NCBI GenBank assembly: GCA_011049425.1
Contig: DSBM01000053.1
Location: 3,689 to 67,688 of the forward strand
DNA: 64,000 nt
Origin: Candidatus Aminicenantes bacterium
Lineage (GTDB): Bacteria; Acidobacteriota; Aminicenantia; UBA2199
Direction of reading: 5' to 3'
This document shows, in pieces, positions 29,425 through 38,971 of this stretch; position 1 is the stretch's first letter, and every line of letters starts with the position of its first letter. The position numbers and the translations under genes were made by a program. The notes under the pieces were generated by a model, which saw only the letters and a list, made by a program, of their open reading frames with translations, had not been told where the DNA came from and did not search any database.

Positions 29425-30333
29425 TTATTTGAATTCTCGGGCCCATGCGGGCGGCGGGCATTCCACCTCTGTCCGTGCCCCCGTATCCGGGTGGGGAAAC
29501 CTCAATTTCCAGGCGTGCAGGCTGTAGCCCGGGTCTCCGGGCAACGCCCCGCCTTTTTTGGGAAGACCACCCGGACCGTACAGGGGATCGCCCGCCAGGG
29601 GATGACCGCAGGCCGCCAGGTGGATGCGGATCTGGTGGGGCCGCCCGGTTAAGATCGTGACTTTCGCCAGGCTTTCGTCTCTCTGCTCACTCCTGTATAT
29701 GACTTCCACATGACTTTCGGCCGCGCGACCGGTCTCGGAAGCGGCGTGTAAGGTACCCAGTGGCGCATAGGCAACGGAGCCGATGGGAACACGGACAACG
29801 AAAGCCTCCGCCAGATTAGTGCCGGCCACCCGGGCCAGATAAATCTTAACGAAGCGTCCAGCCTGCAGCGCCGCTCCCAGGGTTTTCGCCGCATGGTGAG
29901 TCCGCGCAAACATTACGGATCCGGAAGTCCAGCGTCCCAGACGATGCATGGGCGAACAGGCATTGCCATAGAACTCCCTCACCCTGAACAGAAGCGTGTT
30001 TTCCAGGAAATTGGCTCCGGGCAATACGGGCAGGCCGGCCGGCTTGTTTGCCACAAGAAAGGAGTCCTCTGTGCGAATAACCTGAAAATCGTTCGGCGCT
30101 TCCGGTTCCCTCCAGGGCGGCCGGTGCCACTCCAGTTTATCTCCATTCTGCATTCGGGTCTCGGGGTCCACGGCGACACCATTGCGCAAAACCTGGCCGG
30201 CACGGATCCGCTCCCACCACTCTGCGGCTGTGGAATGGGGATAATGCCGGGTATAGAAATCCAGCAGGCGGGCGCCCGCATCCGCCGCCGATATCCGGTC
30301 TTGGTAGATATGGCCATGATTCAGTTTGTTCAT
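29425..30333 (-). CDS. RluA-family 23S rRNA/tRNA pseudouridine synthase
   Basis: HRLGRWTSG catalytic Asp/Arg-containing block (HRLD-type), then the RluA family core. Start at MNKLNHGHI. Confidence 0.8.
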   Translation of the reverse strand: MNKLNHGHIYQDRISAADAGARLLDFYTRHYPHSTAAEWWERIRAGQVLRNGVAVDPETRMQNGDKLEWHRPPWREPEAPNDFQVIRTEDSFLVANKPAGLPVLPGANFLENTLLFRVREFYGNACSPMHRLGRWTSGSVMFARTHHAAKTLGAALQAGRFVKIYLARVAGTNLAEAFVVRVPIGSVAYAPLGTLHAASETGRAAESHVEVIYRSEQRDESLAKVTILTGRPHQIRIHLAACGHPLAGDPLYGPGGLPKKGGALPGDPGYSLHAWKLRFPHPDTGARTEVECPPPAWAREFK

Positions 30334-30367
30334 TCCGATCCCTGCAACCTGCCTCCCAGTCCACATA

Positions 30368-30391
30368 AGGGCGACCGGCCGGTCGCCCCTA
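30368..30391. repeat. REP-like palindromic element GGGCGACCGGCCGGTCGCCCCTAC (copy 1 of 3)
   Basis: Perfect 20-nt palindrome plus a CCCCTAC tail. Identical at 45242-45266; near-identical at 43457-43480. Confidence 0.7.
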
Positions 30392-30454
30392 CATTTTCAA
30401 CTTCTTCCCTTTTATGCCCGAAAGGGTACTCCAACTTTTCAACTTTTTTATCTT

Positions 30455-31429
30455 CTACTTCGCCACGATCCCGCTGCCCAGCCAAGCGATATAGCAGATA
30501 TAGACGGCCAGCAGAAAAGCGCCCTCCCAGCGGTTGATCATTCCGGGACGGCCGCGGAAACCGCGCCCGATCACGAACAGCGAAACCGTGAGCCCGAGCA
30601 TGACCACGCCATCCCGCCATACCACTTCAGGAGCGGTACGAAAAGGGTGGATCACTCCGGCCAGGCCCACCACGGCTAAGGTGTTGAAAAGGTTCGAGCC
30701 CAGGACGTTGCCCAGGGCGATATCGTTCTCGCCTCGACGCACCGCGGCTACGGCGGATGCCAGCTCCGGCAGAGAAGTGCCCAATGCCACGATGGAAAGA
30801 CCGATCACCAGCTCAGACACACCCAGCCCCCGGGCCAGGCGCACGGATCCCCATACCAGCATACGCGAACTGACCGCCAGGAGAACAAGTCCGGCCAGGG
30901 TCCAGGCAACGGCCCGCTGCTTGGGCATGGGGTGGGTTGATAGGTCCACCTCAATTTCCGAGCCAAAGGCATCCGCTCCGGATTGCCGGCCGCTGCGAAT
31001 GGTCCAGGCCATCAGAGATGCAAAAAGCAATAGCAGCACAACCGATTCCCACCTTGCCAGGTTACCGTCCAGTACGAGGCCAATGGCCATAAGCGTGACG
31101 ATCGTCAGGAGGGGAAGTTCGGCGGTTAACACTTTGGAGCGAACCATAACCGGCCGGGCCAGTGCGGCCAATCCCAGGATCAGGGCGATATTGGCGATGT
31201 TCGAACCCCAGCCGTTGCCCAATCCCAGGTCCGGGTTGCCGTCCAGGGCCGCCAGGGTGGACACAATCATTTCCGGCAGCGAAGTTCCGAATCCGACCAC
31301 CACCATGCCGATCAAAAGCGGCGGAAGGCCGGCGTGCTGCGCAGTGGATGAAGCGCCCAGCACAAAACGATCCGCACTCCACGCCAGCAATGCCAATCCG
31401 GCCGCCACGGCCAAACCCGCGGTCCACAT
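30455..31429 (-). CDS. CaCA-family Na+/Ca2+ (cation/Ca2+) antiporter, YrbG-like
   Basis: Two alpha-repeat motifs GTSLPEM...GSNIANI and GTSLPELASA...GSNLFN. Confidence 0.85.
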   Translation of the reverse strand: MWTAGLAVAAGLALLAWSADRFVLGASSTAQHAGLPPLLIGMVVVGFGTSLPEMIVSTLAALDGNPDLGLGNGWGSNIANIALILGLAALARPVMVRSKVLTAELPLLTIVTLMAIGLVLDGNLARWESVVLLLLFASLMAWTIRSGRQSGADAFGSEIEVDLSTHPMPKQRAVAWTLAGLVLLAVSSRMLVWGSVRLARGLGVSELVIGLSIVALGTSLPELASAVAAVRRGENDIALGNVLGSNLFNTLAVVGLAGVIHPFRTAPEVVWRDGVVMLGLTVSLFVIGRGFRGRPGMINRWEGAFLLAVYICYIAWLGSGIVAK

Positions 31430-31720
31430 GCACCACCTCCAGCGCCCATTATCGCATGGATTTCAGGCAGGGGAAAGTCCCGGGAACAGCGCTTTGATGG
31501 CTGGAATTGCATATTTTCGCTTTCTCCGACCGCCGCTTGCTTTTTATCCGTATCCAGGATACAATATGGATCCATTCAAGAGAATCATCCGCAAATCTCT
31601 ATAAACGGGCTTTCCTGATCAGTCTTTTGAAAAATCCAGTTGATCCCGATCGCTGCTGAACCGGACTTCTGCATGAAATGTGATTCGGTTTGCCCACGAA
31701 CTCGGGACGGGAACGCAGAC

Positions 31721-33442
31721 ATGCAGACACAACTTTTTGAAAACCTGGGATTGAATGACAGCCTGACGGCGGGGATCAATGATTTGGGATTCACCACTCC
31801 AACCCCCATCCAGACGCAGGTGATCCCTCACATTCTGGAGGGAAAACGCGACCTGGTGGGCCTGGCCCAGACGGGAACAGGCAAGACCGCCGCTTTCGGA
31901 CTGCCCCTGGTACAACAAGTCAACCTTCAGACGCCCCATATCCAGGCCCTGGTGTTGAGCCCCACCCGGGAGCTCTGTCTGCAGATCGCCCGGGACATCA
32001 AATCCTTTGCCCGCCACATCAAGGGCTTCAAGGCCCTTGCCATCTACGGAGGTGCCAGCATGGAGACCCAGGTCGCCGGCCTGAAGCGTTCTCCCCAGAT
32101 CGTGGTGGCCACACCCGGCCGCCTGCTGGACCTGATGCGCCGCGGCAAAGTCGATCTTTCTTCTCTGGACTCTCTGGTGCTGGATGAAGCAGACGAGATG
32201 TTGAACATGGGTTTTGCGGAAGATCTTACCGCCATATTGGCGGGCACTCCCTCAGATAAGCGTACTTATCTCTTTTCCGCCACCATGCCCCGCGAAGTAG
32301 CCGCCATCGCCGCCGGCTACCTGACCGACCCGAACGAGATCACTTCGGGCCCGCGCAACTCCGGTGCCGAGAATGTCCATCACGTGTACTACACCGTTGC
32401 GGCCAGCAACCGCTACCAGGCCTTGAAACGCATCGTTGACATGTCCCCGGAAATCTACGGCATCGTATTCTGCCGTACCCGCCAGGAAACCCGGGAGGTG
32501 GCGGATAAACTGGCCCTGGACGGCTACAACGCAGACGCCCTCCACGGCGACCTGTCGCAGGCCCAGCGAGACCATGTGATGGACCGGTTCCGCAAAAAGA
32601 ACCTGGCCCTGGTTGTGGCCACAGACATCGCCGCCCGTGGCCTGGATGTCACCGATCTGACCCACATTATCAACTACAACCTCCCCGACGAGCTGCAGAG
32701 CTATACCCACCGCAGCGGCCGTACCGGGCGTGCGGGGAAAAGCGGAACTTCCATCGTCATCATCAACCGCAAGGAAACCCACAAGATCCGCATGATTGAA
32801 AAACTGACCGGCAAGCAGTTCGAAGCGCGTCCCGTTCCGGACGGAAAGGCCGTATGCGCGCAGAAATTAGCCCACTTCATCCACCGGATCCAGAACGCCG
32901 AAGCCATTGACCCCGGCATGGAGCCCTTCATGGAGCCGATAGTACGCGAATTGACCGCCATGGATAAAGAAGACCTCATCCGCCGTTTAATTTCGCTTGA
33001 ATTCAAGCGCGTATTGGAAGACTATCGCCGGGCTCCGGACCTGAACGCGCGCGAAAAACCGGACCCCCGGAACAAGACGAACAAACCCTCTTTCTCAGCC
33101 ATGCCCATGACCCGTTTCCGTATCAACGTGGGCCGTCGTCACGAAATCTCGCCCCCGGCAGTGATCGGCATGGTCAATGACCTCTCGGGAAAACGCGACA
33201 TCCAGATCGGGCGCATCGAAATCAAGCAGTCATTTTCCATTTTTGAAATCGACCGCTCCTTCGAGCACCTGATCCTGAAGTCTTTTCACAATGCCCGCTT
33301 CTCTGGAACCCCATTGATGATCGAGGTGGCGCCGGCAGCACCCCCCGCTTCGCGGACCATCCGCAACATCCGCAGCAACGGCTCCCGGCAGCACCGCAAG
33401 GGCCCGGCTTTGGGCGCAGGAATCGGAAGCCGAACCTGTTAA
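31721..33442 (+). CDS. deaD: DEAD-box ATP-dependent RNA helicase (DeaD/CsdA type with C-terminal DbpA-like RNA-binding domain)
   Basis: Q motif FTTPTPIQ, AQTGTGKT, DEAD, SAT, HRSGRTGR. Start taken at MQTQLFENLGL. Confidence 0.85.
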   Translation: MQTQLFENLGLNDSLTAGINDLGFTTPTPIQTQVIPHILEGKRDLVGLAQTGTGKTAAFGLPLVQQVNLQTPHIQALVLSPTRELCLQIARDIKSFARHIKGFKALAIYGGASMETQVAGLKRSPQIVVATPGRLLDLMRRGKVDLSSLDSLVLDEADEMLNMGFAEDLTAILAGTPSDKRTYLFSATMPREVAAIAAGYLTDPNEITSGPRNSGAENVHHVYYTVAASNRYQALKRIVDMSPEIYGIVFCRTRQETREVADKLALDGYNADALHGDLSQAQRDHVMDRFRKKNLALVVATDIAARGLDVTDLTHIINYNLPDELQSYTHRSGRTGRAGKSGTSIVIINRKETHKIRMIEKLTGKQFEARPVPDGKAVCAQKLAHFIHRIQNAEAIDPGMEPFMEPIVRELTAMDKEDLIRRLISLEFKRVLEDYRRAPDLNAREKPDPRNKTNKPSFSAMPMTRFRINVGRRHEISPPAVIGMVNDLSGKRDIQIGRIEIKQSFSIFEIDRSFEHLILKSFHNARFSGTPLMIEVAPAAPPASRTIRNIRSNGSRQHRKGPALGAGIGSRTC

Positions 33443-33511
33443 ATTGCGATTCAACAATAATTGTCTGTGAAACGGGGGTTCGTAGCAGAAGCACGTTCTC
33501 TTTTTCAGCGG

Positions 33512-34174
33512 TTATCTGGATGGAGCCAACAGATTCATAAGAATGGAAAAGGAACGATCCACCACGGCGGCTTCCAGGATAATGGTGAACTCACTGTAGG
33601 TTGAGACCACTTCAACCACGTTGATTCCCGACCATGCCAGGGGCTTGAGCAGGCCGTAGTGGATCCCCGGAGTAAAGATGACGGATTCGTCCAGGCGCAC
33701 GGAAACGGCGGCCAGGTTTTCAAGAGATTGGATCAATGTTTCCCTTACAAAAAAACGTACCGCCTTGTCCATAACGTCTTCACCGAGTACCAGCGTTATC
33801 TCGTTTACTCCCTGCGTAAGAGTAATAAACGCGTCGCCGTCCTCCTCAACTGATTCCAGCAAACGTTTCAGGCAATAATAAACTGATGGAGAGTGTCGAT
33901 ACGTCAATTCGCCCAGGCCGGACCGGACCGCAATTTTCCCCACGCCACGCAACGCTTTTTCAAGGTATGAACGCTTCCCGGATACCGACTCCTTCATGCG
34001 ATTCAAGGCCATCATCACGGCAGAGTCCGAAAGGTCGCGCATCAACTGTTTTTCCAGACCCGGCCTCAGTTCACGGGCCAGGGCCGAGAGATTGAGAATA
34101 TCCCTGGACATGGCTTCTTCGATAAAAGGGCTCTTGATCAACCACTCTGTTAACGCGTCGCTGATTGTTCGCAT
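33512..34174 (-). CDS. ACT-domain protein (aspartokinase regulatory-domain-like), divergent from the lys operon
   Basis: The C-terminal half resembles ACT repeats (FITLTQGVNEITLVL..., GINVVEVVSTYSEFTIIL). N-terminal ~90 aa unassigned. Confidence 0.4.
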   Translation of the reverse strand: MRTISDALTEWLIKSPFIEEAMSRDILNLSALARELRPGLEKQLMRDLSDSAVMMALNRMKESVSGKRSYLEKALRGVGKIAVRSGLGELTYRHSPSVYYCLKRLLESVEEDGDAFITLTQGVNEITLVLGEDVMDKAVRFFVRETLIQSLENLAAVSVRLDESVIFTPGIHYGLLKPLAWSGINVVEVVSTYSEFTIILEAAVVDRSFSILMNLLAPSR

Positions 34175-34283
34175 GTTAAATTTATAACATTGTGTTGTAT
34201 TTTTGTCAATATTAACTAATTTTTTGACTCACTCCCTCGCAGCAGCGTAGACTTCGGGCGTATTGAAATCAAAGGAGGCTAAC

Positions 34284-34457
34284 ATGAACAATCCGGTTGA
34301 ATGCCCTGTCTGCGGGGGGGGGCTGGATCTGCCTGAAGATGCCGTTCAGGGAGAACTGATCACCTGCCCGGAGTGCAACAGTGAGTTGGAGTTGGTAACA
34401 GTATCTCCTCTCAAGTTAGAGGAAGCTCCCGGCGAAGCAGAGGACTGGGGCGAGTGA
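34284..34457 (+). CDS. lysW: Amino-group carrier protein LysW
   Basis: [57 protein letters not shown]: zinc ribbon plus the acidic tail ending EDWGE, the LysW hallmark. RBS AGGAGG. Confidence 0.85.
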   Translation: MNNPVECPVCGGGLDLPEDAVQGELITCPECNSELELVTVSPLKLEEAPGEAEDWGE

Positions 34458-35668
34458 ATCCGAAAACCGTCCGTGTCCTGGACACCACGTTGCGTGAAGG
34501 GGAACAGACTCCCGGAATCTGCTTCCCTCCACACGCCAAAGCGGCGATTGCCGACATTCTGGAAACCATGGGCATCGATATCATTGAAGCCGGCCATCCG
34601 CTCGTCAGTTCAAGGACCTGGGCGGGGGTGCTGGCCGTGCGCCGCCGGATCCGCCGGGCCCTGGTTGCCGCCCACGCGCGCACAAAGCCCGGAGACCTGG
34701 TTGCAGCCCTGGACTGCGGGGTGGATCTTGTGGGAATCTTTTTCTGCGTTTCCGACCAGCGCTTGGCCCACCACGACATCACCCTGAACGCCGCCATTGA
34801 TCGCATCTGCTCTATCATCCGTCAGAGCAAGGAACAGGCACCTGAAGTCCTGGTTCGATACACCCCAGAGGACACGGTGCGCTCCGCCTGGAAGAACGTC
34901 CGACAGGCGGCGTGTGCCGCGGTTGATGCCGGAGCGGACATTATCAGTGTAGCGGACACCACCGGCGCCATGATTCCCGGGGGGGAACACTCCCTGAAGC
35001 CCTATGTGGCCCGCATGCAAGACGAATTTTCCCGCCGTGGATTGAATGCGGAAATCGCCGTCCATTGTCATAATGACCGTGGTCTGGCATTGGCGAACGC
35101 CCTTGACGGCATCCGCGGGGGGGCGACAATCGTGGACGCATCGGTATTGGGACTGGGGGAACGTGCCGGCATCGTTGATCTGGCCACCTTGCTGTCTGCT
35201 CTGTGCAACGATATGGGACTTGACCACCATTGGGATCTTACCCGGCTTCCGCATCTCTACAACACAGTCAGTCGCTTTTCCGGTATCCAGCCCGGCGTAA
35301 ACGCTCCAATCATCGGCCGCCACGCGTTTACCCACTGCGCCGGGGTTCACACCCAGGCCGCGCTCAACAATCCGGTACATTACGAAAGCCTGCACCCGGA
35401 AATGTTCGGGCGCTCCCGCAAAGTCGCGCTGGACCACATGTCAGGCATGTCTTCCCTGCGCTACTCCCTGGAGCAAATCGGATGCGACGAATTGGACCCG
35501 GAATTGACGACACGGCTGTTGGATGAGGTTAAACATATCGGTCACTCAGGTAGATGCATTGATCTGGTTGAACTGCGCTGGCTGGTGGATTCAATTAGAT
35601 CCGAATTTTCCTCTGGAGAAAATCATGATTCATATCACCCTTGTTCATTCGCTGATCCGGCGGGATGA
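34454..35668 (+). CDS. Homocitrate synthase (HMGL-like DRE-TIM fold)
   Basis: [11 protein letters not shown], then the catalytic core HCHND (HCHNDRGLA). Assigned to homocitrate rather than isopropylmalate synthase from the lysW/lysX context. Confidence 0.7.
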   Translation: MNPKTVRVLDTTLREGEQTPGICFPPHAKAAIADILETMGIDIIEAGHPLVSSRTWAGVLAVRRRIRRALVAAHARTKPGDLVAALDCGVDLVGIFFCVSDQRLAHHDITLNAAIDRICSIIRQSKEQAPEVLVRYTPEDTVRSAWKNVRQAACAAVDAGADIISVADTTGAMIPGGEHSLKPYVARMQDEFSRRGLNAEIAVHCHNDRGLALANALDGIRGGATIVDASVLGLGERAGIVDLATLLSALCNDMGLDHHWDLTRLPHLYNTVSRFSGIQPGVNAPIIGRHAFTHCAGVHTQAALNNPVHYESLHPEMFGRSRKVALDHMSGMSSLRYSLEQIGCDELDPELTTRLLDEVKHIGHSGRCIDLVELRWLVDSIRSEFSSGENHDSYHPCSFADPAG

Positions 35669-36470
35669 AAAACTCATTATGCAGGCTTTTGATCGCCACC
35701 CGCGCGTTCGCTGGACCGCCCTGGATGACCGTAGACATTGCCTGTCACCCAACCTCTCTTTGCCACACACGGATCTGTATTTTTGCCGCAGCCTTTCCCA
35801 GGGCAATACCCTGGCCTGGCTGGAGTACCTGGGGAATCAAGACCAGCGCTGTGTGAACTCTTTCGAGGTGGTACGGACCTGTGGAGACAAATTCTCCACT
35901 TCACTTGCCCTGCAGCGTGCGGGTGTACCCCAACCTTTGTTCTGCCTGGCATTGACGGCTGAGCAGGCCTTGTGTGCAATGGAAGAAATGGGATTCCCCG
36001 TGGTCGTCAAGCCCCTGGTCGGTTCCTGGGGACGCCTCATTGCGCTGATCAAAGACAGGGACGCGGCCGAAGCCGTACTCGAGCATAAAACCCGCTTGGG
36101 CGGTGTCGCGCATCAGCACATCTACATCCAGGAACATATATCGAAACCCGGCCGGGACATCCGTGCGTTTGTGGTCAATGATGAATGCATCGCCGCCATT
36201 TACCGCGAGTCTTCGCACTGGATCACCAACACCGCCCGGGGAGGAAAGGCTTTTAATTGCCCGATCACGGATGAAATCCACGAAATCGCGCTGAAAGCAT
36301 CCTTGGCCGTTGGTGGAGGCATTCTTGCCGTTGATTTGCTGGAAAGTGATCACGGCCTGCTGGTCAACGAAATCAATCATAACATGGAGTTCAAAAACTC
36401 CATTGACGTTACCGGTGTAAACATCCCGGAGCGAACCTTGGAAGGGCTTTTGAGCCTTGTGGAGAATTGA
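35625..36470 (+). CDS. lysX: Alpha-aminoadipate--LysW ligase (RimK-type ATP-grasp)
   Basis: ATP-grasp core ([14 protein letters not shown], ...NEIN). RBS GGAGAA-ATG at 35625. Confidence 0.8.
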   Translation: MIHITLVHSLIRRDEKLIMQAFDRHPRVRWTALDDRRHCLSPNLSLPHTDLYFCRSLSQGNTLAWLEYLGNQDQRCVNSFEVVRTCGDKFSTSLALQRAGVPQPLFCLALTAEQALCAMEEMGFPVVVKPLVGSWGRLIALIKDRDAAEAVLEHKTRLGGVAHQHIYIQEHISKPGRDIRAFVVNDECIAAIYRESSHWITNTARGGKAFNCPITDEIHEIALKASLAVGGGILAVDLLESDHGLLVNEINHNMEFKNSIDVTGVNIPERTLEGLLSLVEN

Positions 36471-37505
36471 ATGTCGAAAATCACCGTTACTGTTGCCGGC
36501 GCTTCCGGATTCACCGGTGGAGAATTGCTGCGTTTACTCTTATTCCATCCACGCGTAGAGGTTATCGCCGCCACTTCAGAACGCAATCGCGGCAAACCTG
36601 TTGCGTTGATTCACCCCAACCTGTATAGACACACCCGCCTGCGTTTCTCTTCGATGGAAGAGTTGCCGAGCAGTGACTTTCTCTTTCTGGCCCTTCCCCA
36701 TGGAGAAAGCAGCCGGCGTATCCACCTTTTGAGTGACAAGGCGTCAAAAATCATCGACTTGAGCGCGGATTTCCGCATTGCGGATCCAACCGTTTATCGT
36801 CAATGCTACGGCAAAGAGCACCCCGCTCCAGAATGGCTCAGTCAATTTATTTACGGCATCGTGGAAGTAAACCGCGAGCGTATCCGTACCGCAACCCGCG
36901 TCAGCGGGGCCGGGTGCAATGCCACTGCCGCCATTCTGGCATTATGGCCCCTGGCCCACGCCGGACTGCTCGACGACAGCTGGATCATCTGTGATATCAA
37001 GACCGGCACCAGCCAGGCGGGAGCCGCCCATTCCGCGGCCGGCCATCATCCCGTCCGCAGCGGGTCAGTGCGCAGTTACAAGCCTACCGGACATCGGCAC
37101 GGCACCGAGATTCGAAATTGCTTGAACCATGAACAGATCAGAATCAGCACCACCGGCCTCGACATTGTTCGCGGCATTCTGGCTACCTGTCACCTTTCTC
37201 TTCCCGCGGGTCTGGATGACCGCAAACTGCGGGGGGTTTTCAGAGCCGCCTATGCGGAAGAGCCGTTTATCCGTATCGTCAAAAAGTCATCTGGAGTTTT
37301 TCGCTATCCGGACCCTCGCCTGCTGGCGGGAAGCAACATCTGTGATATCGGTTTTGAAATCAATCGCGATGAGAACAGTCTGGTCGTTCTTTCCGCCCTG
37401 GACAATCTGATGAAGGGAGCGGCCGGGCAAGCAATCCACTGCATGAACCTGATGGCCGGGTTTCCCGAGACCTGCGGCCTTCAATTTCAAGGGCTATATC
37501 CCTGA
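36471..37505 (+). CDS. lysY: [LysW]-aminoadipate-6-phosphate reductase (ArgC family)
   Basis: GASGFTGGELLRLL NAD site; active Cys block SGAGCNAT. Confidence 0.85.
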   Translation: MSKITVTVAGASGFTGGELLRLLLFHPRVEVIAATSERNRGKPVALIHPNLYRHTRLRFSSMEELPSSDFLFLALPHGESSRRIHLLSDKASKIIDLSADFRIADPTVYRQCYGKEHPAPEWLSQFIYGIVEVNRERIRTATRVSGAGCNATAAILALWPLAHAGLLDDSWIICDIKTGTSQAGAAHSAAGHHPVRSGSVRSYKPTGHRHGTEIRNCLNHEQIRISTTGLDIVRGILATCHLSLPAGLDDRKLRGVFRAAYAEEPFIRIVKKSSGVFRYPDPRLLAGSNICDIGFEINRDENSLVVLSALDNLMKGAAGQAIHCMNLMAGFPETCGLQFQGLYP

Positions 37506-37515
37506 GGAGGAAGAG

Positions 37516-38157
37516 ATGTGTCGCATGTTGTTGATTCAGGACGACACCCCGTTTAACCCGGAACCGGACCTGATTGCCTTTCAGGATCTTTGCCGCGCCA
37601 GCCACGTTTACCAGGGGCACGGCTGGGGCATCGCCTACATGGATAACCGGGGCGAATGGCGCCATTATCGCAGTATCATTCCGATCTGGAAAGCAGACAT
37701 GGGCCGGATCCCCCCCACCCGCTGGCTTCTGGCTCATGCCCGCAGCGCTTTCAACAACGAAGGAATCCGTGTGGAAAACAACATGCCGTTTTTTCAGAAC
37801 GAGCGCAACTTCATTTTCAACGGTGAAATCCGCGGTGTACGCTTTCGGGCCCCGGGACGGATCGGCGCGGAAAAACTGTTCAATGTGATCAACCATTTCT
37901 GCGGCGACGATCTGCACACTAACCTTGAGAGAGCGGTCCATGCCGTCACGAGCCGCAGCCGCCATGTCCGGGCCATGAACATGATGCTGACGGAAAACGA
38001 CCGCACCATCGTGTTTTCCTACTTCACCCAGGAAGCAGATTATTTCACCCTTTACAAGCGCAAAACCGGCAATCGCACCACAATTTGTTCAGGCCGTTTC
38101 GGCCTCATCGAGGATTGGAGCTCCCTGGACAACCCCTGCCTGGAGATGGTCTCGTGA
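37516..38157 (+). CDS. Stand-alone class-II (Ntn, YafJ/EgtC-type) glutamine amidotransferase domain protein embedded in the lys cluster
   Basis: N-terminal MCRML (Cys2 nucleophile). LLAHARSAFNNEG...NNMPFF aligns with GlmS-type HTRWATHG...NAHPH. FNGEIRG aligns with the HNGxIxN oxyanion-hole block. Confidence 0.75.
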   Translation: MCRMLLIQDDTPFNPEPDLIAFQDLCRASHVYQGHGWGIAYMDNRGEWRHYRSIIPIWKADMGRIPPTRWLLAHARSAFNNEGIRVENNMPFFQNERNFIFNGEIRGVRFRAPGRIGAEKLFNVINHFCGDDLHTNLERAVHAVTSRSRHVRAMNMMLTENDRTIVFSYFTQEADYFTLYKRKTGNRTTICSGRFGLIEDWSSLDNPCLEMVS

Positions 38158-38948
38158 ACATCATAAAAATCGGCGGTGGTTCATCCGTAAATGTCGGCGG
38201 CATTCTCGATGACCTAAAGAAACTGGAAAGACCGGCCGTCATCGTTCATGGCGCCAATGCCTGGCGCGACGAGCTGGCCGGACACCTGAACCGGCCGATT
38301 CGCCGGTTGGTCTCTGAAAGCGGCCGTTCCAGTGTCTATTCCGACGACTCACTCCTGGACCTGCAGCTCATGGCCTACGCGGGCCTGCGCAATAAGCGTA
38401 TCGTAGAGATGTGCCAGCAGCGGGGATTTAATGCCGTGGGACTCACCGGCCTGGACGGCGGCCTGGTACGGGCTCGGCGCAACCCGGGGATCCGAATCGT
38501 GGAGAATAACCGGAAACGGCTTGTTCGCGATCTATCGGGCAAACCTGAAGCGCTGAACTTTCCCCTGCTGGACTACCTGTTGAAGTCAAATTATCTTCCA
38601 GTAATCACCGTACCCTTTCTCGACGAGAGAGGAAACGCGGTCAACAGCGAAAACGACGACCTGGTCAGCCTCCTTCACCGGGAATTGCAGGCGCAGCGCA
38701 TCTTTTTTTTCATTGAAGCCCCTGGACTGCTGCGGGATCCCCTGAACAACTCATCCATAATCCACCGCCTGACACCACCCGAGCTTGAAACGGAAATCAC
38801 GCGCTCCGATGGCAGAATGGGGCGTAAATTGCATGCGTTGAAAGCGATTCTGGCCATACCTCCTGTTACGGTTTTTATCTGTGACGGTCGGTTGGAGCAC
38901 CCCGTTCAGCATGCCCTAAACGGAAGCGGAACATGCATCAGCGCGTAA
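38154..38948 (+). CDS. lysZ: [LysW]-aminoadipate kinase (acetylglutamate kinase family; GTG start)
   Basis: VNIIKIGGGS...VIVHGAN: amino-acid kinase fold. Overlaps the upstream stop. Confidence 0.8.
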   Translation: MNIIKIGGGSSVNVGGILDDLKKLERPAVIVHGANAWRDELAGHLNRPIRRLVSESGRSSVYSDDSLLDLQLMAYAGLRNKRIVEMCQQRGFNAVGLTGLDGGLVRARRNPGIRIVENNRKRLVRDLSGKPEALNFPLLDYLLKSNYLPVITVPFLDERGNAVNSENDDLVSLLHRELQAQRIFFFIEAPGLLRDPLNNSSIIHRLTPPELETEITRSDGRMGRKLHALKAILAIPPVTVFICDGRLEHPVQHALNGSGTCISA

Positions 38949-38971
38949 TGTCGCGGTCGGAGCCGCGGCAA

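Noticed and set aside
31450-31475. GGGGAAAGTCCCGGGAAC resembles the RNase P RNA P4 region (AGGAAAGTCCGGGCTCC)
   Set aside because: It is an imperfect match, and the intergenic region (290 bp) is too short for a ~350-400 nt RNase P RNA. It is more likely part of the deaD 5' leader.
34175-34283. Possible lysine riboswitch (L-box) upstream of lysW
   Set aside because: The region is only ~110 nt and AT-rich with promoter-like hexamers. L-box elements are ~175 nt with conserved GA-rich helices that I do not see.
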